Below, piece after piece: positions 24,131 to 37,073 of a stretch of 64,000 bases of DNA (position 1 is its first letter; every line of letters starts with the position of its first letter). Source of the stretch: Haplodiscus bocki (Eukaryota); the NCBI GenBank assembly GCA_965655095.1, contig OZ296654.1, positions 69,316,001 to 69,380,000 on the forward strand. Direction: 5' to 3'. The notes beneath the pieces are model-generated. The model saw only the letters and a program-made list of their open reading frames with translations, was not told where the DNA came from and did no database searches. The translations under genes and the position numbers were made by a program.

Positions 24131-24879
24131 AGGCATTTTGGAAATACGAAAGCAAGAAACAGGGTTTCTTCTGACAAAATATGGGTTTTCTTAATAAACG
24201 GGCTTTTTTCCCTGAAATGATCCGATTTTCGACGTAACTGCCACAAATCGGTTTTTTCCTGAGTAGTTTTCAAGAAAATGGAAAAAACTTTTTGCTTGTT
24301 TTTAGAAGCCGAAAAAAGTTATAAATGATACAACTGTCAAAAAGTTTAACTGTAAAGGTCAGCAAATGATTTTTTCAAGTCTTTATATATTGGTTGAAGT
24401 CCAATATCCTTGTTTCTCCGGGGTCGGAAAATACAGTTTTAGTTCAAAATCATATCTACTGGAACCTATCTTGTTTTGATTTCCACATGCAGGAAATGCC
24501 TAAAAGCGGAATTAGTATGGACTTTCCTGGAAACTGCAACTAATTTTATTCCAAAAAAACCAAGTTAAGTTTTTGCATCAAAGACTCACTCTCTCGTTTT
24601 GTACTTGTACAATGGTAATAAATTGCTTTTGTTCCTTGTATCAGAATTCGGATAGAACTGTAATGTAAAAAAAATGCCATCCTTTTTTTGAAAAGCTCGG
24701 ATATCAATTAATTTACTTCTACTTAACTACTTGGTCGATTCGTTGAATCAAGTTCCTAATCTATTGCTTTCAACTTAAGCCAAACTATTTCCTTATAAAA
24801 ACTGTTGATTCTGTTCCTTGCATAAAAGACTTAATAGCCCTAATTTTCTCAGAAAAGACTACTTATTTTGATACAAATC

Positions 24880-27540
24880 GCTTTTCCAACTCATCCATCT
24901 TGATAAATACAGGTTTGATTTGTTCCATGAAGATTTGAGTCGGAAGCTTCACATTGGTAGAGGAAGATTCAGAAAATCGTTTTGCATTGATCGATGCTTT
25001 GAAATTTCATAGTCCGCAAGTTCCAAAATGTTCCGTTAAAATTCATACTTCCCTGATGCGAACTCATGGTTGGCCGTGACTACAAATTCAGTTTCCTCCA
25101 TGTAAGTCTCAATCGAGAACTTCACACTAATGGAGGACGATTACTTCCAGAAAAAGTATATCCTGAGTCTTGGTTCAGACTTCTGATAATCTGAAGATAC
25201 CAAAAAAAGCTATGATGTGATTCATCCCGAGATTCAAGGTGTTTTTTCCTAGTTTTCACAGGCTTCATTTCTTCCATGAAGCTTTAAACCGGAAGCTAGC
25301 ACATTTAAAAGGAGTTTTTTAGGAAGAACAAGTCAATTTGTTCACAGGTTCAGAAAAACGGTTGTCGAATAGACCCAGAAGTTACTTTTCTCTCCCCACT
25401 CAAACTCAACTTCAAACGTAAGCACAAGCGTCATTTCTTCCACCAAAGTATCGATCAAAAATTTGTCATTTTGGATTTCTTTCTCTTCACAAAATCATTC
25501 ACTTCAAGCCTTGCATCAGATTCCTGATAGTCAGAAAAAATGTCAATAGTATTGACTTATCTCGTTGATGGATCTCAGCTTTCTACGTAACTATAGGTTT
25601 GATCTTTTCCACCGACATTTCAATTTAACATTTTGCACTTGTAGGGCTTGATCCGCTTGCGAAATTGTTCACTCTGGCTCTTGCATTAGATTTTTGATTG
25701 TCCGAAATCTCCAAAAAGTGCTTTTTTTAATGAATTATCCCAATATTCGAACTCATGTATCTCTGTAATTACAGGTTTGATGTCTTTCATCGAGGTGTCC
25801 AGAGAAAACTTTACAATATAAGACGAGGAGTCGATACCAAAAATTGCTCACATTGACCCGTGCATTGGAATGCTGGTAGTCCAAAATAACGGTTCAACTC
25901 GAGATTCCAATGTCTTTTCAGTACTCACAGGTTTCATGTCTTCCATCAAGTTCTAGGTTGAAAGCTGAAAGCTGTAACCCTTGTAAAGGAGCAATCCATT
26001 GAAGACCCAATCATTTCGTTCTATTTTTCAAAATGTTGATACTTCCAAGAAATGCTAGTGTTTTTGATTTATCTCGACCTTCAAGTCATACATTTCAGTA
26101 ACTACAGGTCTCGTTTTTTCCGAAAAAGTCTTCATCGGAAACGTTACATATGTGGAGGCGGATTAAAAACAGACATTTCTTTCCAAATTTGGGGTCAGAA
26201 ATTCGATAGTCTGAAAAATCCAAAAGCTGCTTTCAATATTGAATCTTTGCGATATTCAAGCACAATTTTTCCGTGAGTATGGGCTCAGTTTTCATTAAGG
26301 CTCAGTCAAGAAAATTTGAGCGTTTGAACCAATAATACCGTAAAAAACTATTCATTCCGTTCGCTGCGTTAGAAGTGTAACAGTGCAGAAAATCCTGTTT
26401 TTTTTCTTTCGACCCAACTCTACCTCTCCAAACTCATAATTATCCATAACTACAGACTAAGTTTCTCCCATCAAGCATCAAGATCTTGATCGACATTGTT
26501 TCAGTCGTAGAGGCCCCTAGGAGCTAAAAACTGATGGAGTTTTCGTTTGATATTCGACAGCCAGAAAATACCAGAGGAGTGCTTCATTTTTGACATTTTT
26601 TCGTTTTTCAAACTCAATTTTCTTTTTATTTTCTGACTTAATTCCTTCCTTTAAAGTTTCTCTCTAGCTTTTTTCGTTGTTTGTGGAGTAATACAATTTC
26701 AGAAAAATTGATTTGGTTTTTCGCGTCGGAATCATGATAACCCGCGATTACCAAATTGCTAAAATAATCAGAAATTCTAATTATTCGTTTAAACTCGTGT
26801 TTCTCCAAAACTACAGACTTGGTCACTTCGCAAAAAGTTTCATTCAAATTTTTGCTCTTTTTGAAGTAGTATTGTGTAAAGAAACTATCAATTATGTTCA
26901 TGCATTGGAATCTCGATGGGTTGGGAATGCCAGAACTGCTTGTAAGATGGGCTCAATTTGAATTGGGAACTCGTGTTTCTCCAAACCAACGGGCATGATT
27001 TCTTCCTTCAAGGTCCTAAATTAGAGTTTTCTACATGTGTTGCAAATTTCCGTAACAAATCATTGGTTTCTTTTTCATTCGTGCAGTAGAAACCTGATGG
27101 ACCAAAAATGCCTTTATTTTTGACATGCCGAGATAATCCAACTCATTTTTTCTCAGCTCTACTTGGTTCTGTAAAAGTTGTCATTCGATACCTTTATATT
27201 TGACGCGAACAATTCATTTCAAAATATCATGGGGATTAATCTCTAGGTCAAAATTGGAGTCCTGATTGATAGCAAAAGTCCTTACCATACTGGGTTATCT
27301 CGATATTCCAACCTGTCTTCTCGAGATTTACAGAGTTGTATTCTTGTATCAAGGTTTGACTTGACAGTGATATCTTTTTGGGTGTTTCTCAGAAGGAAAA
27401 ATCTCTGAATTTGTCCCATCGATTGGATTGTTGATGGTTCGAAAACGCAAAAGGGTCCTTCTGACATTTATTTTTCATCGATCCTAAAACTCACAATTCC
27501 TTAAAGCTACCGGCTTGAATTCTTCCGACAAGGTCGACAG
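24880..27540 (-). repeat. Highly decayed ~173-175-bp tandem array, ~16 units, possibly once coding
   Basis: An AACTCA/G...TACAGG-like anchor recurs at ~24888, 25061, 25403, 25750, 26432, 26612, 26792, 26968, 27140 and 27489. Confidence 0.65.
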
Positions 27541-28516
27541 TGAGACTTTCTTGTCGATAACGGGTTTCTCTCTGTAATTGATTTGTTGTGTGTTCAATCA
27601 GTTTTTGTTGCGCGCCATTGACAAAAAAATCGCTCTGCGACTGCGTCTCTTGGTAAAGGATTTTCGTTAGTAGGTCCCAGTTTAAAACAAATCGAAGAAG
27701 TACCAGTGCATTCCACCGATATACGACCTGCAACAAATACCCTAGAAAAGCATGAAAAGGAACTCAACACGAATACTAGACAGTGCATCATCCAATTAAC
27801 TACCCAAGTGGCCGTCCTTACTACTTTCGGAAATAATCGTAAAAACTCCAAACTGATTCAACGATTAAAAAGACTTTTCAGAATGGTTCAGAACTGTTGA
27901 TTGATGCACGTTGCATAAATTTCAATGGAAATAGCGGCTTCCATTCAAAACAGCCATTTGTTAAACAATGGGAATCAGTGATTCCCAGAGCTGAAACAGT
28001 TGATCTGAAAACTGAAAATCCCTGCTCCTTTCGGAAAATGTCTGACAAACACTGAACATCTATGAAAATCTTTGGTCATCTTTCACATATTCAGATAGTA
28101 ATTTTCCGCTGGAATGTTCAATTTTCGCGTAATTTTTCAAATTACCTTATTTTCGGAGCCAACTTCTGATTCTCAGCCCACTTGGTGAGAAGAAGAGTTC
28201 TACAAAATTTTTCTGTTCAATCCTTTCACAGGCCAAATATATAACGAAGACTTGAATTTTTGATTTTTGGGTTCTGTGATACTGCTCAAGTTACACAACT
28301 GATTCGGTTCAATTTTTCAAAAACATTTATTGTTTAGTGGGGTCAACTTTCAAGATTTTCCTTGGAAACTTTGAGTTTTTGCTGTCTTTTGGCACAAAAT
28401 TTAAGAACTTTAACTTTAATACCAGAAACGCCATTTTAATGACTCGTTTTTTGCATTTTCATCACATCTGAATCCATTATCACATATTGATTTTCTAATA
28501 TACATCTGTTATTATT

Positions 28517-28796
28517 AGAGCTGCCTCAGAATTAATCAACGCTGAAGATTGAATGATTCAGAGCTAAGAAATTCAACGATTGACAGAGATGAGAGCTGAT
28601 TCTCTTTGAAACAGTGCTGTTTAACGCTGAAATTTTCAGTTTTGAACAGCATTGCTTTAGAGAAAATCAAAGCAGATCAGCTCCGAAGCACCACTTATTA
28701 GCGCTGATGTTTTTCGTGTTTTCTGAATCAGCGCTGAACAGAAGTCTTCGAAACAGCGATGTTCAGCACTGCGTATCTCTGGGACTTCAACACGGA
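28517..28796. repeat. CAGCGCTG-rich MITE-like fragment
   Basis: Many degenerate CAGCGCTG/CAGAGCTG palindromes; termini incomplete. Confidence 0.4.
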
Positions 28797-31647
28797 TAAT
28801 GACAAGACTAATATGGGCAAAAAATACAAACGATAAGGCACAAAAGGCCCTTCTTTTTTTCCTATTCATTTTTGAATATTATGATTTCCGTTATCATTAT
28901 AGAAACGTCACCATCTCGTCACAAAATGCATTTTTATTTTGTGCCCATATTGAGAATATGGAAAGCAAAATCTTCCTCTCAAATAGGTGCGTTTTTTTAC
29001 CTGATGTTTGTCAATTGAGATCGCCCTAAACAAGCCAACATGGGTTGTTCATGTGTCTGAATTTCAAAATTTTTTTGTCATCAAACTGTAGCAAATTTGT
29101 CGTAGAATGCGACTGAAATAGTAAGATTTCTCAAAACGTTCAAAATTTGGGGTTTTTCCTAAAAACTGGATGGGTTTTTCAAAAAAAATCTTGAATCTTT
29201 TTCAAAATCGCAAAAGGTAGTAAATTTGCAGTAGAATGCCTATTCAATGGTAATTTTTCATAAAAATGTCTTTTCCGCTCTCATTATGAGGGTTTTTCGG
29301 CAAAAAAATCAGATAACTTTGAACGGTGGAAAAATTAGAAAATATGATGAAGAAAAAGTGTTTTTTTTCGAAGAAAAAACGTTTCATCTTTTAAAAATGC
29401 TTCTCTACCAAATTGGGAAGGCGCAAATTATGCCGATGGTAGCCGGCCGTTTTGTATGTTTTCTTCGCGCCCATATGTGGTTAAAACACATTCGCAACCT
29501 CCAAAGACCAAAAAAACTGATGTTCATTAACAAATTGTCTATACCCGAATACCGGTAAAATACCGAGTGATTAAGAATATAAGGGATTACGGGATGCAAT
29601 CTACATCTCAATGTTATTCGATTGAACAATTTTCGGTCATTTCATTACTTGTCAATACTCTGGTAAGGACGGAGACCTAAGGTTTTTCATCCTTGAGAAG
29701 TTTTCTGAAGTTGTAATGAAAATGATAATTTACCCGACGTTTGCACAGCAACTGTCAATATTTTTTCAATAAATTGACCGAGCGTATTATGTGAAAACGT
29801 CGAATTGAAAACAACTGAAGTTTCAAGCAAACATCTCGATGAAATCGTTTCGATCAGTTTCATAATAGTCATAGTTGCTTTTCTCTTTGAAAAACTTCTT
29901 TGCTGTTTATGTCTTTTTTTATTGTTTTATATTTCGACTGGATGCTTCAAGTTTTACAGTTTGTCTTTTCAGTTACACCCCTAAGATTCCAATAACATTA
30001 TGAACCTTCATTACAAAAACTCTCTTTTCTTAGGTGTTAGAAACAAAACTAGCAATGGGAGAGCTTTCTGCTTCCACAAAATGTCCCTGCGCCGAATTTG
30101 TGGTGTTGTCAAACTTCAGATTAAGCAGTTTCAACTGTTCAAAACAGCCCAAAAAAAATGGCCGGAAATTCATAACTTCAGCTGTTTGTTAATTTCTATA
30201 ATTGGGAAATGATAATAAGAACAAATCAAAATAGCATTCATGCTGCGTTTGTCTAACACGGTTGGGATTTTGGAGAAACGGAGTGTCTTCGAGGTTTGAA
30301 GTTTCGGCGGCAATGAACCTCTCCAAATAGTTCGCTCGACAGTACCTGTATTACAATTGGGTTACCTAACTTATTGAACGTTGTCACATTTGTTACGTCA
30401 CAGACGACCATGGCTATATGGTTAAAACGCAACACCACCATGAAACTACAATATGTCAAGATGATGAAATGCATGAATTTCATTGTTACGAGAACTCTAT
30501 GCCTGGCCAATTCATCCAATATTTTCGGTGATTACATGGTTTACGCAATTAAATGTTTCTCTATGAAAACTGGCAATCAATTTCCGATTTGTTTCGTGTT
30601 TACATTGTCTGGACTAGACGTCTTAAAGATGAAAACGGCCGGTGTTATATAACATTCATGTTTTGGGAGATTTCTAGTCGATTTTATTGAGTAGGCTATT
30701 AGTCCTTCTATAATCTTAAGTCCGATAATCCAAAACACTCATTCGAAACTTGATTGCAGAGTTTGTTCTTTTGGTTTCAACAAAATCTAGTTTTTGGCAT
30801 GTTTCCGCTTTGATCTAAGGTAATGAATCATCCAATACTCAAACAAGGTACTTAGCTATGGGCAGTAAAATGAATGAATGAATGAATTGAGAAACAATTG
30901 TCGCAAGTTCTTTATTATTGATAAAATTTTGCAGTCATCAAACTGGTCCAAAGTCTGTAAAATATGGGAAGACAAACAGGCAAACTCTGGGGAAATTTTC
31001 ATTTTCGCACTACAATTTAAGGGAAAAACGTCAAACACCAGTAATTTGAACAAAAAAATGTGCAAACATTGTTTTTGAAAATCGAATTTTTTTTTCAAAA
31101 ACTCCATATCTTTGGCACAAAGCAGTTTTTTGATGAAGACTAATACAGTTAAAAACTGTTCAAATAAAAAATTTCAGCGTACAATTTTGCTAATCAGTTT
31201 TCGGACATTTCACCCTGAAGACACTTCACCCTAGTACATTTAACCCCAAAGATAATCCACTCCTGTAGGTTTGACCCCGAAGACATTTCATCCCGGAGAC
31301 ACTTCACCCCACGAATATTTCATTCCAATTTTGGAAGTTTCTGATAATGCTAAATCGGAAGTCTAATTAAAGAAGAGTTTACTTTCTTCTTTGAACTGCA
31401 TGTTGTAGAGGCAAGACACTAGTCACTACACAGCTCACAACAATTTAATAGTTCGCCTAGAAATGCGTGCTACGAAGTGAGAGGTCATATTGCGTGCGTA
31501 TGCACACTTAACAGAATACATGTCAGTGAAAATTTTATGGCAATAGTTGAAAACTCACTTTAGAAAAAACATTGAATTGCATGAATATTTTTTCATATAT
31601 AACGATAAATTAGTTTTCGCAGCAAAGTTAACGCTGATCCCATAACT

Positions 31648-31661
31648 TGGCACTGCAAGCA
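31648..31661 (+). promoter_or_regulatory. Primer-binding site, probably tRNA-Ser type
   Basis: TGGCACTGCAAGCA directly after the 5' LTR equals TGGCGCTGCGAGCA with two CG>CA changes. Confidence 0.6.
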
Positions 31662-31682
31662 ACCCATTCTTCTAGTATCCGA

Positions 31683-34600
31683 ATGGGCGTCTCTCCAGGG
31701 AAAGCCGTCCCTTCGGCACTACCTGGTCTCAATCTTTATTGGAGTGACCGTCGGGAACAGCCAATGCTTGAGTGGGAGAAGTGGATCGAACTCTCGACAG
31801 TTGCCATGATCGCAGAACATTCGATTTTTGTCAAAAAATTGACTCGCACCGAAGGAGTTGAGCAAGTGCCGGCTCTCATGGGAAGTTTAGCTGAAGAAGC
31901 AGCCTGTAAAAAATTGAATAATATCTTTTTCCTTTCGATTGGACAAGCCGCAAGGAAGACGTTATTGGATAATTTTCCCACCATGCAAACATACAATTTG
32001 CTACCATACCTTTGCAAGAGCTGCTGGAGCGATGTAGGAAAACATTCGTGTTGAAAATGAACAGAACCATGACCATTTCCGTTTCTATTTTTCGTTAACA
32101 GGAGCCAAAAGCGTGACTGCAACAACTCTGGAGTGCGCTGAAAGGCCTCGCCACGAACTGTCATAGTTTGAAGGACGGACCAACAGCTTTGTGAACGATA
32201 TCTTCATTTTGAATCTGCATAACAAGGAAACTGAGGAATGGTTGAGATCAGAACCGAAGAGTAGAACGGAAGAAGTGCTTCAATTGGTTCTTGCATTTGA
32301 AAAATGACTGGAAAACAAGCCTCATATGGAAGCCAAAATCGGGACTCCAGGTCCGATATGAAAACTAAACCTGATTCCAGTGTGTACAATCACGGGCGGG
32401 AAAGATTGTTTTTAGTATCGGATGCCCAATGTCCAATTTCACACTGCAGCACATTTCGCATTGCAAAGCAGCTGAGAAAAAATTGGGAAATGCCGCATTG
32501 TCGGCCATTTTGCACGATGCTGTGGGACTTTTAGGCCAAGAAAACTAGATGTTGCCCTAACCAAAAGTAACCAGAATGCAGCCCGACGCATTAATTACAT
32601 CAATGACGGCCAATCCAGTATTAGTAGTTATGACGAGGCTACTGGCCGTCTATTTTCGATGATTGGAATTATATTTGAAGCACCACTTGCAATGAAGGGC
32701 AAAATAAAATTTTTTGAATTTACGGCAAGTATTGATTCTGGTTCATCGGTTAATATTCGTACAACGCCATGTTTGAAAAAAAAACTAACGTGCTCTTTGC
32801 AGGATGTTTACCGCAGTTGGTGAAATACGTAGATTTTATTCAGCGACAGTTGGACATCGCGAAATTTGTCCATGTGCATATAAAAGTTGCGAAACAAGAA
32901 TTAAAACGAGCACGGATTTTGGTAACAGCCAAAAGCAGACCGTCAGTCAGACGCCACTGGCTAGCATCACTGAAGCACCAATTCACGCCATCCAATCAAA
33001 TAGCCGCGAGTGAGTGTTTTTCAACGAATAGTAAGAAATTTACGATTGCTGTGTTAAAACTTGAAAATAACGAGGATGTGAAATCCACACGAAAAAAGTA
33101 AGCGCATTCCAATTCAATTGCAGGCAGCGGTTCGAAAAAAAAACTGTCGACTAGTGAATAAAAAGCACATTGAAAAAGTGTCTAGAGTTAACGATAAAGT
33201 GTTCTTTCAGCCGACGAAAATGACAGTGAAAAAGGAGTGCGAAAATTGCAAAAGATCAGCAAGATCTGACAATATACTTGGTTAGAGTTGATTACCGAAT
33301 GCACCTAAAGTTAGATACCAAATGCCGAACAAGGGACACTCTATTAATCTGGCTGCCAAACAAATAGAACAGCCGGAAACGGAAGCTTGGATCACTTCGT
33401 TAGACATGCGAAATGCTTATGTCCAAATGCAAATAAATAAAAATGCGGCGGCGGCAACGTGTTTCTTCCGAACTTTTGGCGGCGAAGCGACCGACAGTTA
33501 TAGAGGTTTTTTTTGTGTTTTTATGGGTTAACTACGATGCCAACAAAACTTCAACAAATCGTGGACAAAAAATTGGAAGGACTGTCAAGCACTTATACTT
33601 TCATTGACAACATTTTCATTGTTACAAAGGGCACTCAGGAGAGTCATTGGGGGAAAGTCCTTAATGTTTTGCGGACAATAAAAAACATTAATATCCGCCT
33701 AAAGAAAATACTGTAAGTTTACAGAGCAGGAGGCCGAATGACTAGGATCGCAACTTTCACTAACAGATGATAAAACACTAAGTATTAAAATTCGAGGAAT
33801 CATGGACCGACCATTTAAAAGAGTTGCGGTCAGTATTAGGCGCGTTGAACCAAATGAATTGATTCATTCCAAAACTTGCCCATTTCTGTTTTCCGTTCAG
33901 GCGGCTTCTAAAAATTGAACAAAATTTGGAATGGAATAGCGAACAAAATATTGGCGTTGCGCAAATATTAGAATGTATCAAACGGGTAACGGAAGTAACT
34001 CACTTTAAGCGCAATGCTAAGCTCCATTTCTTTCGGAAGTAGAGCTTGATTAGGCACGGTCTTTCAAAAAAGTGAAAATATTCAACATTGGCAGCCTATC
34101 CACAATGAATTGCGACTTTTAACTGAACTAGGGGGTCAAAATTCTAACAACGAAGTGAAAACAAAAACGGTGGTGTGGTCAGCCGAACATTTCGGAAAGT
34201 ACGTGTACGGCTAGAAATCCAAGTTATTCCAGATCATGAAGTTTTGAGTAGTGTACTGAAACGGAATAGGGGAAATAGACCGTATTCCGGTTGCCCACTT
34301 AGAGGGGTGGACCGCTTGTTGCCATTTCAGTTCGGAGCAATACGTGCGCCGCAAACGCGAGTATTTGCAGATGGTTTATCGCGGGATCCGTCGCCGATTT
34401 ACATCGAAACATTAGGAGCTGGAGAAATATGGAAAAACTGGTTTACGGCAAACCACTTCAAAGCATTCAACTCTGTTTCAACGAAGCAATTGGAAGAAAC
34501 ATTCAGATGCAAGCAGCTTGACTGAGTGTGTGCGACGACGTCTTTGTCGTGAACGAACAAACATACTTTGAAATCAATGACTCAGTTACTAATTAACAAC

Positions 34601-35790
34601 GCTCAATAAACGTCAAGTGAAAATAGAATGGAAACTCAAAAAATCAGGAAAGTACTCCGGAGAAATCAGCTACATCGATTTGCGTACAATGGCTTCTTCA
34701 GCAATTCTTAACCACTTACATTTTCCAGATCATTACAGTCCCGGTGACAACAACATGTTAACGAAATATGCAGCTGATAATGATCTTCAACGAACACTCA
34801 GGGATTAATTAAACAGCCCAGTAAAGCAAAGTTTCAGAAATTTCTCGCTCCTCGACGTGAGTAGTTTTCCATTCTCTTCCTTGAAAATAACGGGTACAGT
34901 CACAGGGACGACCGGCTGCGGGTTCCAAAAGCCCTGGGCACGGCCTGGCTACGCTCTCTTTGTCGGGTGCACACTGGCTGTGATAAATCTATGTGGGAAT
35001 CTTCTTTTTTTGATGTCCGCAGATTCTTAGCCATGTGATGCTTTGTGTCCAGATATGCAAGGAGTGTACCGAAGCAGGTAAAAAAGTCACTTCCAATAAA
35101 GTTCAAACTGAACAAGTTACACTCGAAATTGTAAATGATGAAATTTTCATCGATTCAGCAGACCATGCAAAGTAGCTACGAGTACATTGAAATATTTACT
35201 AGTGTCGCTTGATAGTATAAATGAGTGGCCGGAATCACACTTTTAGGTAATTCAACGGCTGCTAAAGTTCTTGAGTTCTTAAATAACTACCTAGCATTGT
35301 TTGGCATTCCGACGCGGAAAAAGACTAATCCAGCATCACCAATCAGGTCGGTTAAGTGTTAAAAATTTGGCGAGGAGAGGTTGATTGAGCATATCGAGTG
35401 TCCTGTTGGGGGTTATCGAGGAAATGGGAGAATGAAGCGCGGTTTCCGCACATTAATTTAACGTCTGCAGAATAATAAACGTATCGTCTTTGAAAAAGAC
35501 AATAGAGGTTTGACTGAAATTTTATTTGCATTGCGCACGCCTCGGGTAGATAAGGCGGCATCACCAACTGAGTACCAAATGGGTCGGAAATATGATTTTG
35601 TTGGGGACCCAATAGATTTTTCCTTTGCTAATGTTTCAGAAGAAAACTTGAGATTCCAGCTCACCTCGGATAACTTTCCACATGACGCATATTCCACCAT
35701 TCTTGTACGAAAGTGTGCTCGCGGTATTGAATTGCATTCCGCTGCTTGCAAGCAAAAAGAGAATCATCGACCGCACCAATTTTAAACTGT
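31683..35790 (+). pseudogene. gag-pol polyprotein remnants
   Basis: Gag WEKWIE...FLSIGQAARK; knuckle remnant KCRIVGHFARCC; protease IDSGS (~32730); RT SLDMRNAY, FYGL..MP..LQ, FIDN; RNase H VVWSAEHFGKYVYG, DH; integrase FGIP. Confidence 0.88.
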
Positions 35791-36849
35791 CGCTGTTACC
35801 GTAAAGGAAGTCTGCTCCTCGGTTATTGTCTAAGCGTGATGTGGTTTACGTGCCGGCTAAACAACACCCCAAGTTTTAAGATTGATTTAAGACAGAAGCA
35901 CTGCCAAGCAGATTGATAGGCCACAAAAGGACCACAATTCACGTCATCCGGCCCATAGACGAACGGATTGATACCAGCTGCTTGAATCTTCGGACGCTGA
36001 CACTGATTTGCCAATTCAAATTACTAAACCAGCGGCTATAAAAAGCGAAGCTTAACAATCAAATGGGATACAGAAAAATCCTCTCCTTCTCCAGATGCAA
36101 TACCAACCAACGGCCACAACCAAATGCGCACCTGCTTTGCAGTCTCCTAGTCAAAGGATATGGCCATGTATTTGGAACCGAAGACGCAACGCGCTCAACC
36201 GTTATTGAATGAGAGTTTTGATTTCAGCTGTTTATAATGCATATGACAAGAGAGGACATGAAACCAAGAAGGAACTTCTGGCCGAAACCGCCAAGTTTCG
36301 CAACCCATGGAAGTGAGAAACAAGAACTGTGAAACAGCTACTGTTGTTAAACGTAAACGTTTCAGGTGCTTTGTTGATTTAGTTATCATTAACGTGAATT
36401 CGATTTTAAGAATATTATATGCTAGTAAGTGTATTCTATTATAACAATTGCTAAGTATTGGAAGTGTTGTAGTGGCTAGACACTAGTCACTACACAGCTC
36501 ACAACAATTTTTTAGTTGACCTTGAAGTTCGTGCTTCAAATTGACAGGTCACATAGTGTGCGTATGCACACTTAACGGTATACCTGCCAGTCAAAATGTT
36601 GTGGCACTAGTTGAAAAGTTACTTGAGAGAAAAGATTGAATTGCATGAACCTTATTGCACATATTACTCTATTTTAGTTTTCGCAGCCTTGAACCTGTGG
36701 CACTGCACCCTAAATATATCAACTATTTTAATGAATTAGCAAGAGATTTGTGCTTTTAACACCTTCTTTCAGGACCTCCGCACAGAACTATTGCCACTAA
36801 CACTTGAATTTATTTATCGTACTAGTAATCTTTTCGAATTGTTTTGAAT

Positions 36850-37073
36850 CCCGGGTCGAAATGTTGGCCGAAAATTTTTCCGGTATAAGGGCGTTAACGG
36901 CGGTCAAAATTAGCCACAGAAGCCGCTATGAACCATTAAATAGCGGCGTTAACGGCGGTCGTTGTCGGTATAAAGGCGTTAACGGAGTTTTGCTAGAAAA
37001 TTAGCGGTGTTAGTGTTGTTTACGCCACTATACCGGAGAATAACGGCGTATTCCCGAAAAAGTTCGACCCGGG
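36850..37073. mobile_element. MITE with 11-bp TIR CCCGGGTCGAA and AT flanks (CMC/EnSpm-like non-autonomous element)
   Basis: Perfect TIRs, AT on both sides, internal GGCGTTAACGG repeats. Confidence 0.8.

Larger units (their letters stand above)
31401..36702 (+). mobile_element. Full-length decayed Ty3/Gypsy LTR retrotransposon; LTRs 31401-~31647 and 36465-36702; TSD CTGCA
   Basis: Direct repeats starting TGTTGTAG..GACACTAGTCACTACACAGCTCACAAC; CTGCA at 31396-31400 and 36703-36707; internal order gag-PR-RT-RH-IN. Confidence 0.92.
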
